64,000 nt of DNA from the IMG/VR virus record IMGVR_UViG_3300032087_004567. The stretch is one strand, 5' to 3'. The notes beneath the pieces are model-generated. The model ran no database searches, had not been told where the DNA came from, and saw nothing but the letters and a program-made list of their open reading frames with translations. A program made the translations under genes and the position numbers. Of the stretch, positions 56,626 through 64,000 are shown one piece after another (position 1 is the first letter of the stretch; every line of letters begins with the position of its first letter). The stretch is from a virus.

Positions 56626-57589
56626 GACTCCATTAAGGGTTAGTTTATTTGGCGGGGGTACTGATTTACCTGAATTCTATAATTATGAAGAAGGTGCAGT
56701 ACTCTCTACCGCTATTAATAAATTTATGTTTATTGCAATCAATAAGTCTGCACATAAGCGAATTAAAGCGTGTTATGATAAAATTGAATTGGTTAGTAAT
56801 GCAAATGATCTTGAACATGATCGTATAAGAGAAGCATTTAAGTATTTTGATTATGAAGATGGATTAGAACTTTCATCTTTTTGTGAGATACCTACTAAAG
56901 GAACAGGGTTAGGTTCCTCATCAACCTATACTGTTGGTATAGTACATGCATTAAGTAGGTTAAGAGATAAAAAATATAACAAGTATGAGATAGCAGAAAT
57001 TGCATATGATATAGAAAGAAATAAATGCAAAGAAAGCTTAGGTAAGCAAGATCAATATGCTGCATCTTTTGGTGGTTTAAATTTAATTAAGTTTAGTGGT
57101 GATAATGTAGAAGTAACACCTGTGAATATTACATCTCAAAAAATATCACAGCTTGAAAAAAATCTACTATTCTTTTATACTAATAAGACTAGAAAGGCAA
57201 ATGATATTTTATCTAAACAAGCTAAAAAATCAGTTGATAATATTAAGCTTCTTAAACAGCTTTCATCATATGCTATAATGGGTTATAACTGTCTCTTAAA
57301 AGGTGACCTATCAGATTTTGGTTCTTTATTACATGAATCATGGGAGATAAAAAAAGAACTAACAGAAGGTATATCTAATTCTGTTATAGATGAATATTAT
57401 GATATAGGAAGAAACATGGGCGCTGAAGGTGGTAAACTACTAGGTGCAGGCGGGGGAGGTTTCTTAATGTTTTATGCATCAGATAAAAATAGTAGAACAT
57501 ATATTAGAAGTGCAATGGAAAGACATGGACTTAAAGAATATAATTTTAAATTAACTAAATGTGGGTCGAGCGTGGTATATGAAAATTAA
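56612..57589 (+). CDS. hddA: D-glycero-D-manno-heptose 7-phosphate kinase (GHMP family)
   Basis: PLRVSLFGGGTD, GTGLGSSS, GKQDQY, GKLLGAGGGGF. Confidence 0.88.
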   Translation: MILTKTPLRVSLFGGGTDLPEFYNYEEGAVLSTAINKFMFIAINKSAHKRIKACYDKIELVSNANDLEHDRIREAFKYFDYEDGLELSSFCEIPTKGTGLGSSSTYTVGIVHALSRLRDKKYNKYEIAEIAYDIERNKCKESLGKQDQYAASFGGLNLIKFSGDNVEVTPVNITSQKISQLEKNLLFFYTNKTRKANDILSKQAKKSVDNIKLLKQLSSYAIMGYNCLLKGDLSDFGSLLHESWEIKKELTEGISNSVIDEYYDIGRNMGAEGGKLLGAGGGGFLMFYASDKNSRTYIRSAMERHGLKEYNFKLTKCGSSVVYEN

Positions 57590-58163
57590 CAAATTTTTTA
57601 ACGATTATAGAAAAAGATTAGATAATGCATTAAAAGATCTTTCTTTAGATACTGCATGTCAAGCAATAGAGAAAGCAATACAAGATAAAAAAAATATATT
57701 TGTATGTGGTAATGGTGGCTCTGCTGCAATAGCGGAACATTTTACTTGTGATCATTCAAAAGGTGTTAGTACAAATACAAAATTTAAACCAAAGTATATG
57801 TGTTTAAATAGTAATGTTTCTTTACTTACTGCATATGCTAATGACTATGGATATCAATATTGTTTTTCAAAACAATTAGAATTATTTGGAAGAGAAGATG
57901 ACTTATTAATTACTATCTCTTCTAGTGGTAAATCGGCAAATATTTTTCTTGCATTAAGTACGGCAAGAGATATGAAAATGAAAACTATATCCTTAACTGG
58001 ATTTGACGGTGGACCATCGAAAGTATTATCAGATATTAATATACATGTAAAGGAGAATAATTATGGAATTGTCGAAGATGGACATCAAATCATAATGCAT
58101 AATATAGCTCAATTTATAAGAACTAAGCATACAACAGTTGATATAAATTCAGTAAAGCTATAA
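57561..58163 (+). CDS. gmhA: Phosphoheptose (sedoheptulose-7-P) isomerase; likely start 57579
   Basis: CGNGGSAA.A.H, ANDYG, ISSSGKS.N, TGFDGG, ED.H. Confidence 0.9.
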   Translation: MGRAWYMKINKFFNDYRKRLDNALKDLSLDTACQAIEKAIQDKKNIFVCGNGGSAAIAEHFTCDHSKGVSTNTKFKPKYMCLNSNVSLLTAYANDYGYQYCFSKQLELFGREDDLLITISSSGKSANIFLALSTARDMKMKTISLTGFDGGPSKVLSDINIHVKENNYGIVEDGHQIIMHNIAQFIRTKHTTVDINSVKL

Positions 58164-58172
58164 AATAAAATA

Positions 58173-59039
58173 ATGATTATATTAGACCTAAGTCAGGTCA
58201 TGATTGCTAATCTTATGGCACAGATTGGTAATCATGCTAGTGATGTGGATGAAGGACTATTCCGACATATGGTTCTTAATTCTATTCGTTCGTACCGCAA
58301 AAAGTTTTTTAACTATGGTGAGTTAGTAATAGCTTGTGATGATAAAAACTTTTGGCGTAAAGATATGTTTTGTAACTATAAGGCTAATAGGAAAAAAGAT
58401 AGAAAAAAATCTAATATAGATTGGAGTAGGATATTCATTATACTTAATAAAGTTCGAGATGAATTAAAGCTATATTTTCCTTACAGAGTTTTACAAGTAT
58501 ATAAAGCTGAAGCTGATGATATAATTGCAAGTCTAGTTATGGGGCCTCATATGAATCCTCATACTGGAGAACAACTTCCTAAAATTGATAAATTTCTCAT
58601 ATTATCAGGTGATAAAGACTTTAAACAATTACAGAGATTTTCTAATGTAGAACAGTTTGATCCAGTTAGAAAAGAATTTATAGTTGAAGAAAATCCAGAC
58701 AAATACCTTATAGAACATATTATTAGAGGTGATAGAGGTGATGGTATTCCTAATGCATTTTCTGATGATAATTGTATTGTTGATAATATAAGGCAGAAAC
58801 CTATAAGCAAAAAGAAGTTAGCTGATTGGTTAAGTAAGGATATTAAAGAATTAGAAAAAATTATACCTTATTGGGAAAGAAACAGAAATCTAATAGATCT
58901 TAATTATATACCAGGTTCACTAGGTGCTGAAATATGGAGTGATTATGTTTTACAAAAAGGTAAATCTAGAGAAAGAATATATAATTATATGATAAATAAT
59001 AGAATGACAACATTGATTAAACATATAGGTGAATTTTAA
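58173..59039 (+). CDS. rnh: T4 RNase H-like 5'-3' exonuclease
   Basis: YKANR, EADD, SGDKDFKQL, GDRGDGIPN. Confidence 0.92.
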   Translation: MIILDLSQVMIANLMAQIGNHASDVDEGLFRHMVLNSIRSYRKKFFNYGELVIACDDKNFWRKDMFCNYKANRKKDRKKSNIDWSRIFIILNKVRDELKLYFPYRVLQVYKAEADDIIASLVMGPHMNPHTGEQLPKIDKFLILSGDKDFKQLQRFSNVEQFDPVRKEFIVEENPDKYLIEHIIRGDRGDGIPNAFSDDNCIVDNIRQKPISKKKLADWLSKDIKELEKIIPYWERNRNLIDLNYIPGSLGAEIWSDYVLQKGKSRERIYNYMINNRMTTLIKHIGEF

Positions 59040-59454
59040 TATGATACGAGATTCGATTTATAATCTACTAAAAAAAGTCTCTGAAGAGAGCACTCCTACC
59101 AAAAGAATTGAAAAGCTTAAAGAGGTTGATACCCCTGTACTTCGAGGTGTATTAAAGCATGCTTTTGACCCAGGTATAAAATTTTTATTACCTGAAGGTG
59201 CCCCACCATTTAAAGAAAATGATTTTCCAAGTCAGGAACATTTACTCTATAATAATTATAGAAGAATGTACTTGTTTGTGGAAGGGGGTAGAGATGATTT
59301 AAAGCCAATGAAACGTGAAATGTTATTCATTCAATTTTTAGAAACAATTGATAAAGATGATGCTAAACTTATGATTGCAGTTAAAGATAAGAAGATACCT
59401 TTTAAAGGTATTACATCTAACATGGTTAAAAAAGCATTTCCAGATTTATATTAA
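59029..59454 (+). CDS. Conserved T4-like hypothetical protein
   Basis: LPEGAPPF, KRE.LFIQ.LE, VKKAFP. Confidence 0.75.
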   Translation: MNFNMIRDSIYNLLKKVSEESTPTKRIEKLKEVDTPVLRGVLKHAFDPGIKFLLPEGAPPFKENDFPSQEHLLYNNYRRMYLFVEGGRDDLKPMKREMLFIQFLETIDKDDAKLMIAVKDKKIPFKGITSNMVKKAFPDLY

Positions 59455-59464
59455 GGAGGATAAA

Positions 59465-59707
59465 ATGAACTGGTTTTGGGGAAGTAAATTTATAGGATGG
59501 GTAGAGAGTAATTTAGTATGCCTTACAAACTATATTTGGAAAAAAAGAAGAGAGCAGGAAAAGAAGGTAATTAATAAGATCAAAGAAGATCAAAAGAAAA
59601 CAGTTGCCGCTAATACTGCTACAAAAACTACAAGAAGGAAAACGACAAGAAAAAAACCTGCTATAAAAAAGATCACAACAAGGAAAAAATCTACAAAACA
59701 AGCATAG
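59465..59707 (+). CDS. Small protein with histone-like Lys/Thr-rich tail (start after SD aggagg)
   Basis: TTRRKTTRKKPAIKKITTRKK. Confidence 0.55.
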   Translation: MNWFWGSKFIGWVESNLVCLTNYIWKKRREQEKKVINKIKEDQKKTVAANTATKTTRRKTTRKKPAIKKITTRKKSTKQA

Positions 59708-59867
59708 GAGGTAACTATGAAAGTAGTAACTAAAGATGAGCTTTATAGAAAAGAAATATCAACCTTGAATAAGCAGTATTATGATGCTCTTAAGAGAATA
59801 AAATTATTACAAAAAGAGAATCATGATTTAAAGCATAATATTATACGAACGAGAAAGAAAGCAAGTT

Positions 59868-60107
59868 ATGCCGACATATAAATTTCGAAACAAGAATTCT
59901 AACGAAGAACATGAAGTTGTTCTTAGAATAAGTGAATTAGATGATTATAAAGAGAAGCATCCTGAATTAGAGCAAATGGTAAACGGGTTTCCTGGTTTAA
60001 GTGATCCTGTTCGACTAGGGGTGAGAAAACCTGCAGCAGGTTTTCAAGATTTGTTAAAGAACATGAAGCAGAAAAATCCAGGGAGTAAAATTAAATTATT
60101 TAATTGA
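59868..60107 (+). CDS. FmdB-like small protein
   Basis: MPTYKF, precedes phoH as in other T4-like phages. Confidence 0.65.
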   Translation: MPTYKFRNKNSNEEHEVVLRISELDDYKEKHPELEQMVNGFPGLSDPVRLGVRKPAAGFQDLLKNMKQKNPGSKIKLFN

Positions 60108-60862
60108 CTTTTAGGAGAGCTAATTTGTCCAGAAAAGTAACTACTGTAACAAAACCAAAACAACGACTAACAATAAAACTTGATCATTTAAATACATTTG
60201 AACCATTAACAGACAATCAAAATAAATTTTTTCAATCATATAAAACGGGAAGCTATTTTATAGCATTGCATGGAATAGCTGGAACGGGTAAAACATTCAT
60301 AGCTTTATACAAAGCATTAGAGGAGGTCTTAGATAAATCCAATCCATTTAAAAAAGTAATAATAGTAAGATCAGCAGTACAATCAAGAGATATGGGTCAC
60401 CTACCAGGTGATGCAGATGAAAAGATGAAAATATTTAGACAACCATACGTTCAAATTTGTCATACATTATTTTCACGAGCAGATGCATATCAAAGATTAG
60501 AAGAACAAGGACATATTGAATTTATTTCTACATCGTTTATTAGAGGTATGTCTTTTGATGATGCAATTATTATTGTAGATGAAATGCAAAACATGAATTA
60601 TGAAGAGATAGATACTGTTATGACTCGAGTTGGTTATAGGTCTAAAATAATATGGTGTGGTGATTATAGACAAACTGACTTAAGAAAAGGTAATGATAAA
60701 AGTGGTATATTGAAATTTTTTGATATTGCCATGCATATGAAACAATTTGAAAGAATAGAATTTACTGTATCAGATATTGTTAGATCCAGTATAGTAAGAG
60801 ATTATATATTAGCGAAATTAAAATATGAAGACGTTCACTCACAACTTGTTGCGGCAGCATGA
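60104..60862 (+). CDS. phoH: PhoH-like ATPase (likely TTG start near 60125)
   Basis: GIAGTGKT, MGHLPG, FIRGMSF, DEMQN, GDYRQTD, DIVRS. Confidence 0.94.
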   Translation: MTFRRANLSRKVTTVTKPKQRLTIKLDHLNTFEPLTDNQNKFFQSYKTGSYFIALHGIAGTGKTFIALYKALEEVLDKSNPFKKVIIVRSAVQSRDMGHLPGDADEKMKIFRQPYVQICHTLFSRADAYQRLEEQGHIEFISTSFIRGMSFDDAIIIVDEMQNMNYEEIDTVMTRVGYRSKIIWCGDYRQTDLRKGNDKSGILKFFDIAMHMKQFERIEFTVSDIVRSSIVRDYILAKLKYEDVHSQLVAAA

Positions 60863-61496
60863 TAAGTTAGCACAAGTTATAATAAATGAAAAAAGGCACT
60901 ACTGGTCCCCAGATGGTAGTGCCTATCCTTCCGTTACAACTGTATTATCTTCTCTTAATAAAGAGGGTATAATGAAATGGCGTAAGAGAGTTGGAGAAAA
61001 AGAAGCAAATAAAATTACAACACGAGCTGCCAATAGAGGTACAAAAGTACATAATTTATGTGAAAAACTTTTACGTAATGAAAAAATAGATTTAAGTAAA
61101 GAAATGCCAATTAGTACTTTATTATTTGGCCAGCTAAAACCATTCCTAGAACAAAATATAGACGAAGTACTTGGTATCGAAATACCGTTATACAGTTATA
61201 AACTAAAATCAGCAGGTACTTGTGATCTAATATGTAAGCTTAATAATGTAAATACTATTCTAGATTTTAAAACATCTTTAAGACCCAAAAAAGAAGAATG
61301 GATTACAACTTATTTTTATCAGACAACAGCATATGCTATAATGGCTGAAGAACTTTATGATATAAAGATTCCTAATATTTGTATTGCAATTGCAGTAGAA
61401 GATGATCATCTTCAAATATTTACAAAGGATTCAAACATCTATAGAAGTGAAGTAACAGAAATATTCCGTAATTATTTTTTAGAAAATTATAGTTGA
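60825..61496 (+). CDS. PD-(D/E)xK exonuclease
   Basis: YPSVTTVL, RGT.VH, AGTCD, DFKTS, Q..AYA. Confidence 0.88.
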   Translation: MKTFTHNLLRQHDKLAQVIINEKRHYWSPDGSAYPSVTTVLSSLNKEGIMKWRKRVGEKEANKITTRAANRGTKVHNLCEKLLRNEKIDLSKEMPISTLLFGQLKPFLEQNIDEVLGIEIPLYSYKLKSAGTCDLICKLNNVNTILDFKTSLRPKKEEWITTYFYQTTAYAIMAEELYDIKIPNICIAIAVEDDHLQIFTKDSNIYRSEVTEIFRNYFLENYS

Positions 61497-61521
61497 TTTA
61501 ATTAACACATTATACTATAAT
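61493..61521 (+). promoter_or_regulatory. Phage promoter
   Basis: TTGATT-17-TATAAT. Confidence 0.8.
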
Positions 61522-61541
61522 ATAACTTTTATGGATATAAT

Positions 61542-62174
61542 ATGAGAGTAATGAGACGATCTAGTAAACCTATAGAGCAACGAGTATTTTTAACTGATGA
61601 TAAAATACCTGATTATTGTAAACAGATTTGTGATAAGATAAAATTTGATTACAATAAATCTCAGAGTTTAATGCTATTAAGTAATAGTTTAGAGAAGTGG
61701 TTAGATGAGCAAAGAGATCCTCTATTGATTACTAATTCGATGAATAAAAACTTTGGTGTTGATTTGCATAAAAAATTTAGTGGTTATACAGGCGAGTATA
61801 ATAAAGATTATATTGAAGTTGAAATACAAGAGAGCGAAAGAATATCTAATATCTTCGCTCATAAAGCATTGAGGGAATATATGACTATAGAAAACGCAAG
61901 CATTGAAGCTATTATGAAAAAAGCAACTGGTACTACTGAGAGTCTAATTAAAACTTTTAGTATTGGTAGATATGTTGTTACACAAGAGGTAAATACCGAT
62001 AAGAAAAAAGCCGATGGCTCTAAGTCTAAAATGGCTAGTGAAATTTATCTCGAGTATAGAGATAAAAAGACTGATAAAGAAATAGTTACTTTGTTAGAAA
62101 AGCAACTTGAGGTAACAAGACAGAATGCTTATACTTATCTGTATAACATTAAACGTAAACTATCTAAACTATAG
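61542..62174 (+). CDS. Hypothetical protein with C-terminal putative HTH
   Basis: GSKSKMASEIY...LEVTRQNAYTYLYN similar to 18606 ORF. Confidence 0.6.
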   Translation: MRVMRRSSKPIEQRVFLTDDKIPDYCKQICDKIKFDYNKSQSLMLLSNSLEKWLDEQRDPLLITNSMNKNFGVDLHKKFSGYTGEYNKDYIEVEIQESERISNIFAHKALREYMTIENASIEAIMKKATGTTESLIKTFSIGRYVVTQEVNTDKKKADGSKSKMASEIYLEYRDKKTDKEIVTLLEKQLEVTRQNAYTYLYNIKRKLSKL

Positions 62175-62182
62175 AGGAAAAT

Positions 62183-62386
62183 ATGATTAGAATGAATGAA
62201 AAGCATAGACAAATTTTAATTAATCTTGCAAAAAGCAAAATAGAGTCTGCAAAAGCTAATATTGAAATATTAAGTTTAAATCCCGTGGGAGTTGCTGAAC
62301 ATCCAGATTCTATGGAAACTATTTTAGCTCAAGTTAAAATTATTGCAGAGCAGCAAGACGTTATTGATGTCTTAGAAAGCGAATAA
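62183..62386 (+). CDS. Conserved small phage protein
   Basis: ANIE..NPVGVAEHPD. Confidence 0.7.
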   Translation: MIRMNEKHRQILINLAKSKIESAKANIEILSLNPVGVAEHPDSMETILAQVKIIAEQQDVIDVLESE

Positions 62387-62421
62387 TTTTAGAGAAAGAC
62401 TCTCGGTATCTTTCTCTAAAA
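62387..62421. terminator. Long hairpin, possible bidirectional terminator
   Basis: TTTTAGAGAAAGA / TCTTTCTCTAAAA. Confidence 0.65.
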
Positions 62422-62607
62422 CTAAATGTATAATAAGGTGTTAAAAATTTGAAATACTATTATTAAACTATAGACTGTTAATCCAACAAATACTTTTCTT
62501 ATCAATTTTTTCTCCCTTCAATAATATTTAGAGAAAAGATTATTATAGCAAACATAATAACTGTTATTATAGTAGGGATTATATTTAGCTTAAAAATTCC
62601 TGTCGTG

Positions 62608-62651
62608 GATTAAAGGACGATTAAGGGACGATTAAAGGAGGATTAACATAT
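62608..62651. repeat. Four 11-bp-period direct repeats (GATTAA core) upstream of porin-pstS; candidate Pho box
   Basis: GATTAAAGGAC GATTAAGGGAC GATTAAAGGAG GATTAACATAT. Confidence 0.6.
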
Positions 62652-62736
62652 TCAAAGAATTACTAAAAAATTAAATTTGTAATAATATATAAAGTCGATA
62701 GCGCTCGCTATCATTATTAACTTTAAAGGAAAATAA

Positions 62737-63309
62737 ATGAAACAATTATTATTAATATTTTTTCTTATGTTTAGTCTACCTACTTTTGCTGATGAAAGAA
62801 ATTGGCAAAAATCCGAACATAATGTAAACATTAAACATAACAAATTTGGTTTAAACATTCGTCAGTACGCACAAGACGATTACGACCATATTCAATTTCA
62901 ATACAAACTAATGAAAAATGTTAATGTAGCATTACGATTAGCAGAAGAAGGTGAGATAAAAGAAAAAAGACCAATCATTACTCATAAAATTAATGATTAC
63001 ATATCTCATAGATTAGAATATAGAACATATGAGAGTGATCTAAAATCAGACTATATGAGATACAGAATTATTCTTGGTGCAAAATATAAGATGTTATGGG
63101 CTAAAGTACAACCAAGATGGAAAGTAGGTGGTGAAGGTATTCATGTAGATGGTAAGATTGATGACATCAAAACTGCTGTAGGTCTATCATTTAAACTTAA
63201 CAAAAATACTACATTCAAACCTTATGTTGAATATCTTGCAGACAGTGAGATAAACAACTATAAGAAAAAGTATATGATGTTAGGTACAGCTTTAACATTT
63301 AAATTTTAA
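62737..63309 (+). CDS. Outer-membrane beta-barrel protein (putative porin)
   Basis: Signal peptide, amphipathic beta strands, C-terminal Phe (ALTFKF). Confidence 0.75.
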   Translation: MKQLLLIFFLMFSLPTFADERNWQKSEHNVNIKHNKFGLNIRQYAQDDYDHIQFQYKLMKNVNVALRLAEEGEIKEKRPIITHKINDYISHRLEYRTYESDLKSDYMRYRIILGAKYKMLWAKVQPRWKVGGEGIHVDGKIDDIKTAVGLSFKLNKNTTFKPYVEYLADSEINNYKKKYMMLGTALTFKF

Positions 63310-63318
63310 GGATAAAAA

Positions 63319-64000
63319 ATGAAAATTATTACAGGTTTATTTTTAGCTTTATTTTCAACAGTAGTCTTTTCTAATAATATTATTAATGGTGCTGGTGCAT
63401 CATTTCCATATCCACTTTATGCAAAGTGGGCTACAATGTATGAAAGAAATACTGGCATCAAATTAAATTATCAATCAATTGGTTCAGGTGGTGGTATTAA
63501 ACAAATTAAAGCAGGAACAGTTGATTTTGGTGCTTCTGATGCTCCAATGAAACAAGAAGAATTAAATGAGTATGGTTTAGTACAATTTCCTGTAATCATT
63601 GGAACAGTTGTTACACCAATTAACTTACCAGGTGTTGATGTATCTAAAATGTACTTGGATATAGAAACTATATCAGACATTTATCTTGGTAAGATTAAAA
63701 AATGGAATGATGAAAGAATACAGAAACTCAATCCTGATTTAAAATTACCAAAAACTAACATTGCTGTAATTCATAGAAGTGATGGTTCTGGAACAACATT
63801 TCTATTTGCATCTAACTTAAGTCAATCTTGGAAAGATGAAGTTGGTGTTGGTAAAGCATTGAAGTGGCCTGTTGGTGTAGGTGGTAAAGGTAACGAAGGT
63901 GTTGCACAATACGTTAGTAAAATTAAAGGTGCAATTGGATATGTAGAAAATGCATATGCAATGAAAAATGATTTACCTGTACCAAAGACTGATAAAATCA
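63319..64000 (+). CDS. pstS: Phosphate ABC transporter substrate-binding protein (truncated by window end; not in ORF track)
   Basis: Signal peptide, GAGASFPYPLYAKW, YQSIGSGGGI, DFGASD, HRSDGSGTT, GKGNEGV. Confidence 0.95.
   Translation, partial: MKIITGLFLALFSTVVFSNNIINGAGASFPYPLYAKWATMYERNTGIKLNYQSIGSGGGIKQIKAGTVDFGASDAPMKQEELNEYGLVQFPVIIGTVVTPINLPGVDVSKMYLDIETISDIYLGKIKKWNDERIQKLNPDLKLPKTNIAVIHRSDGSGTTFLFASNLSQSWKDEVGVGKALKWPVGVGGKGNEGVAQYVSKIKGAIGYVENAYAMKNDLPVPKTDKI

Noticed and set aside
62608-62651. Tandem repeats as a mini-CRISPR
   Set aside because: 11-bp contiguous units with no spacers; no cas genes
4038-63680. Numerous antisense or out-of-frame ORFs in the track (e.g. 4038, 5084, 10157, 10510, 13820, 16391, 26550, 40877, 45669, 49346, 58559, 63471)
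   Set aside because: Shadows lying inside well-supported genes, with no SD or motifs
1-64000. Stop-codon reassignment
   Set aside because: Core genes are full length under the standard code, and TAA, TAG and TGA all end conserved genes
44567-64000. Host chromosomal contamination explaining fdh, galE, gmhA, pstS
   Set aside because: Genes are interleaved and translationally coupled with T4-like core genes and share their AT-rich codon usage and promoters

Overview
AT-rich (roughly 30% GC by eye) 64-kb segment of a large T4-like (Straboviridae/Kyanoviridae-like) myophage, most likely a marine phage of a Gram-negative heterotroph (host is inference only). Left: replication module (gp45, gp44, gp62, regA, gp43, uvsX, gp41) with purN and hsp20 inserted. 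13.2-16.6 kb: minus-strand tail-fibre/tip + partner cassette under a late promoter. 17-29 kb: hyperplastic early region of small ORFs, purC, four 2OG-Fe(II) oxygenase-like genes, a highly stereotyped TTGATT-17bp-TATAAT promoter (16 copies in the window) and several structured non-coding stretches. 29.6-39.5 kb: late cluster of proteins with T4-type capsid-targeting leaders and repeated prohead-protease (I/L/V-x-E) sites, including very His-rich RNA-ligase-like, HAD-phosphatase and NadM-like nucleotidyltransferase domains; this is the best candidate for an undescribed system (a virion-delivered RNA/NAD repair kit). 42.7-46.6 kb: lysis cluster (spanins, lipase, M15 endolysin, holin-like) containing a full NAD-dependent formate dehydrogenase. 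Right: primase, thyX, nrdA/B, glutaredoxin, erpA, dCMP deaminase, heptose/sugar-nucleotide cluster, rnh, phoH, porin and pstS (cut by the window edge). No tRNA, rRNA or CRISPR array was found. All assignments are from motif recognition, with no database searches.
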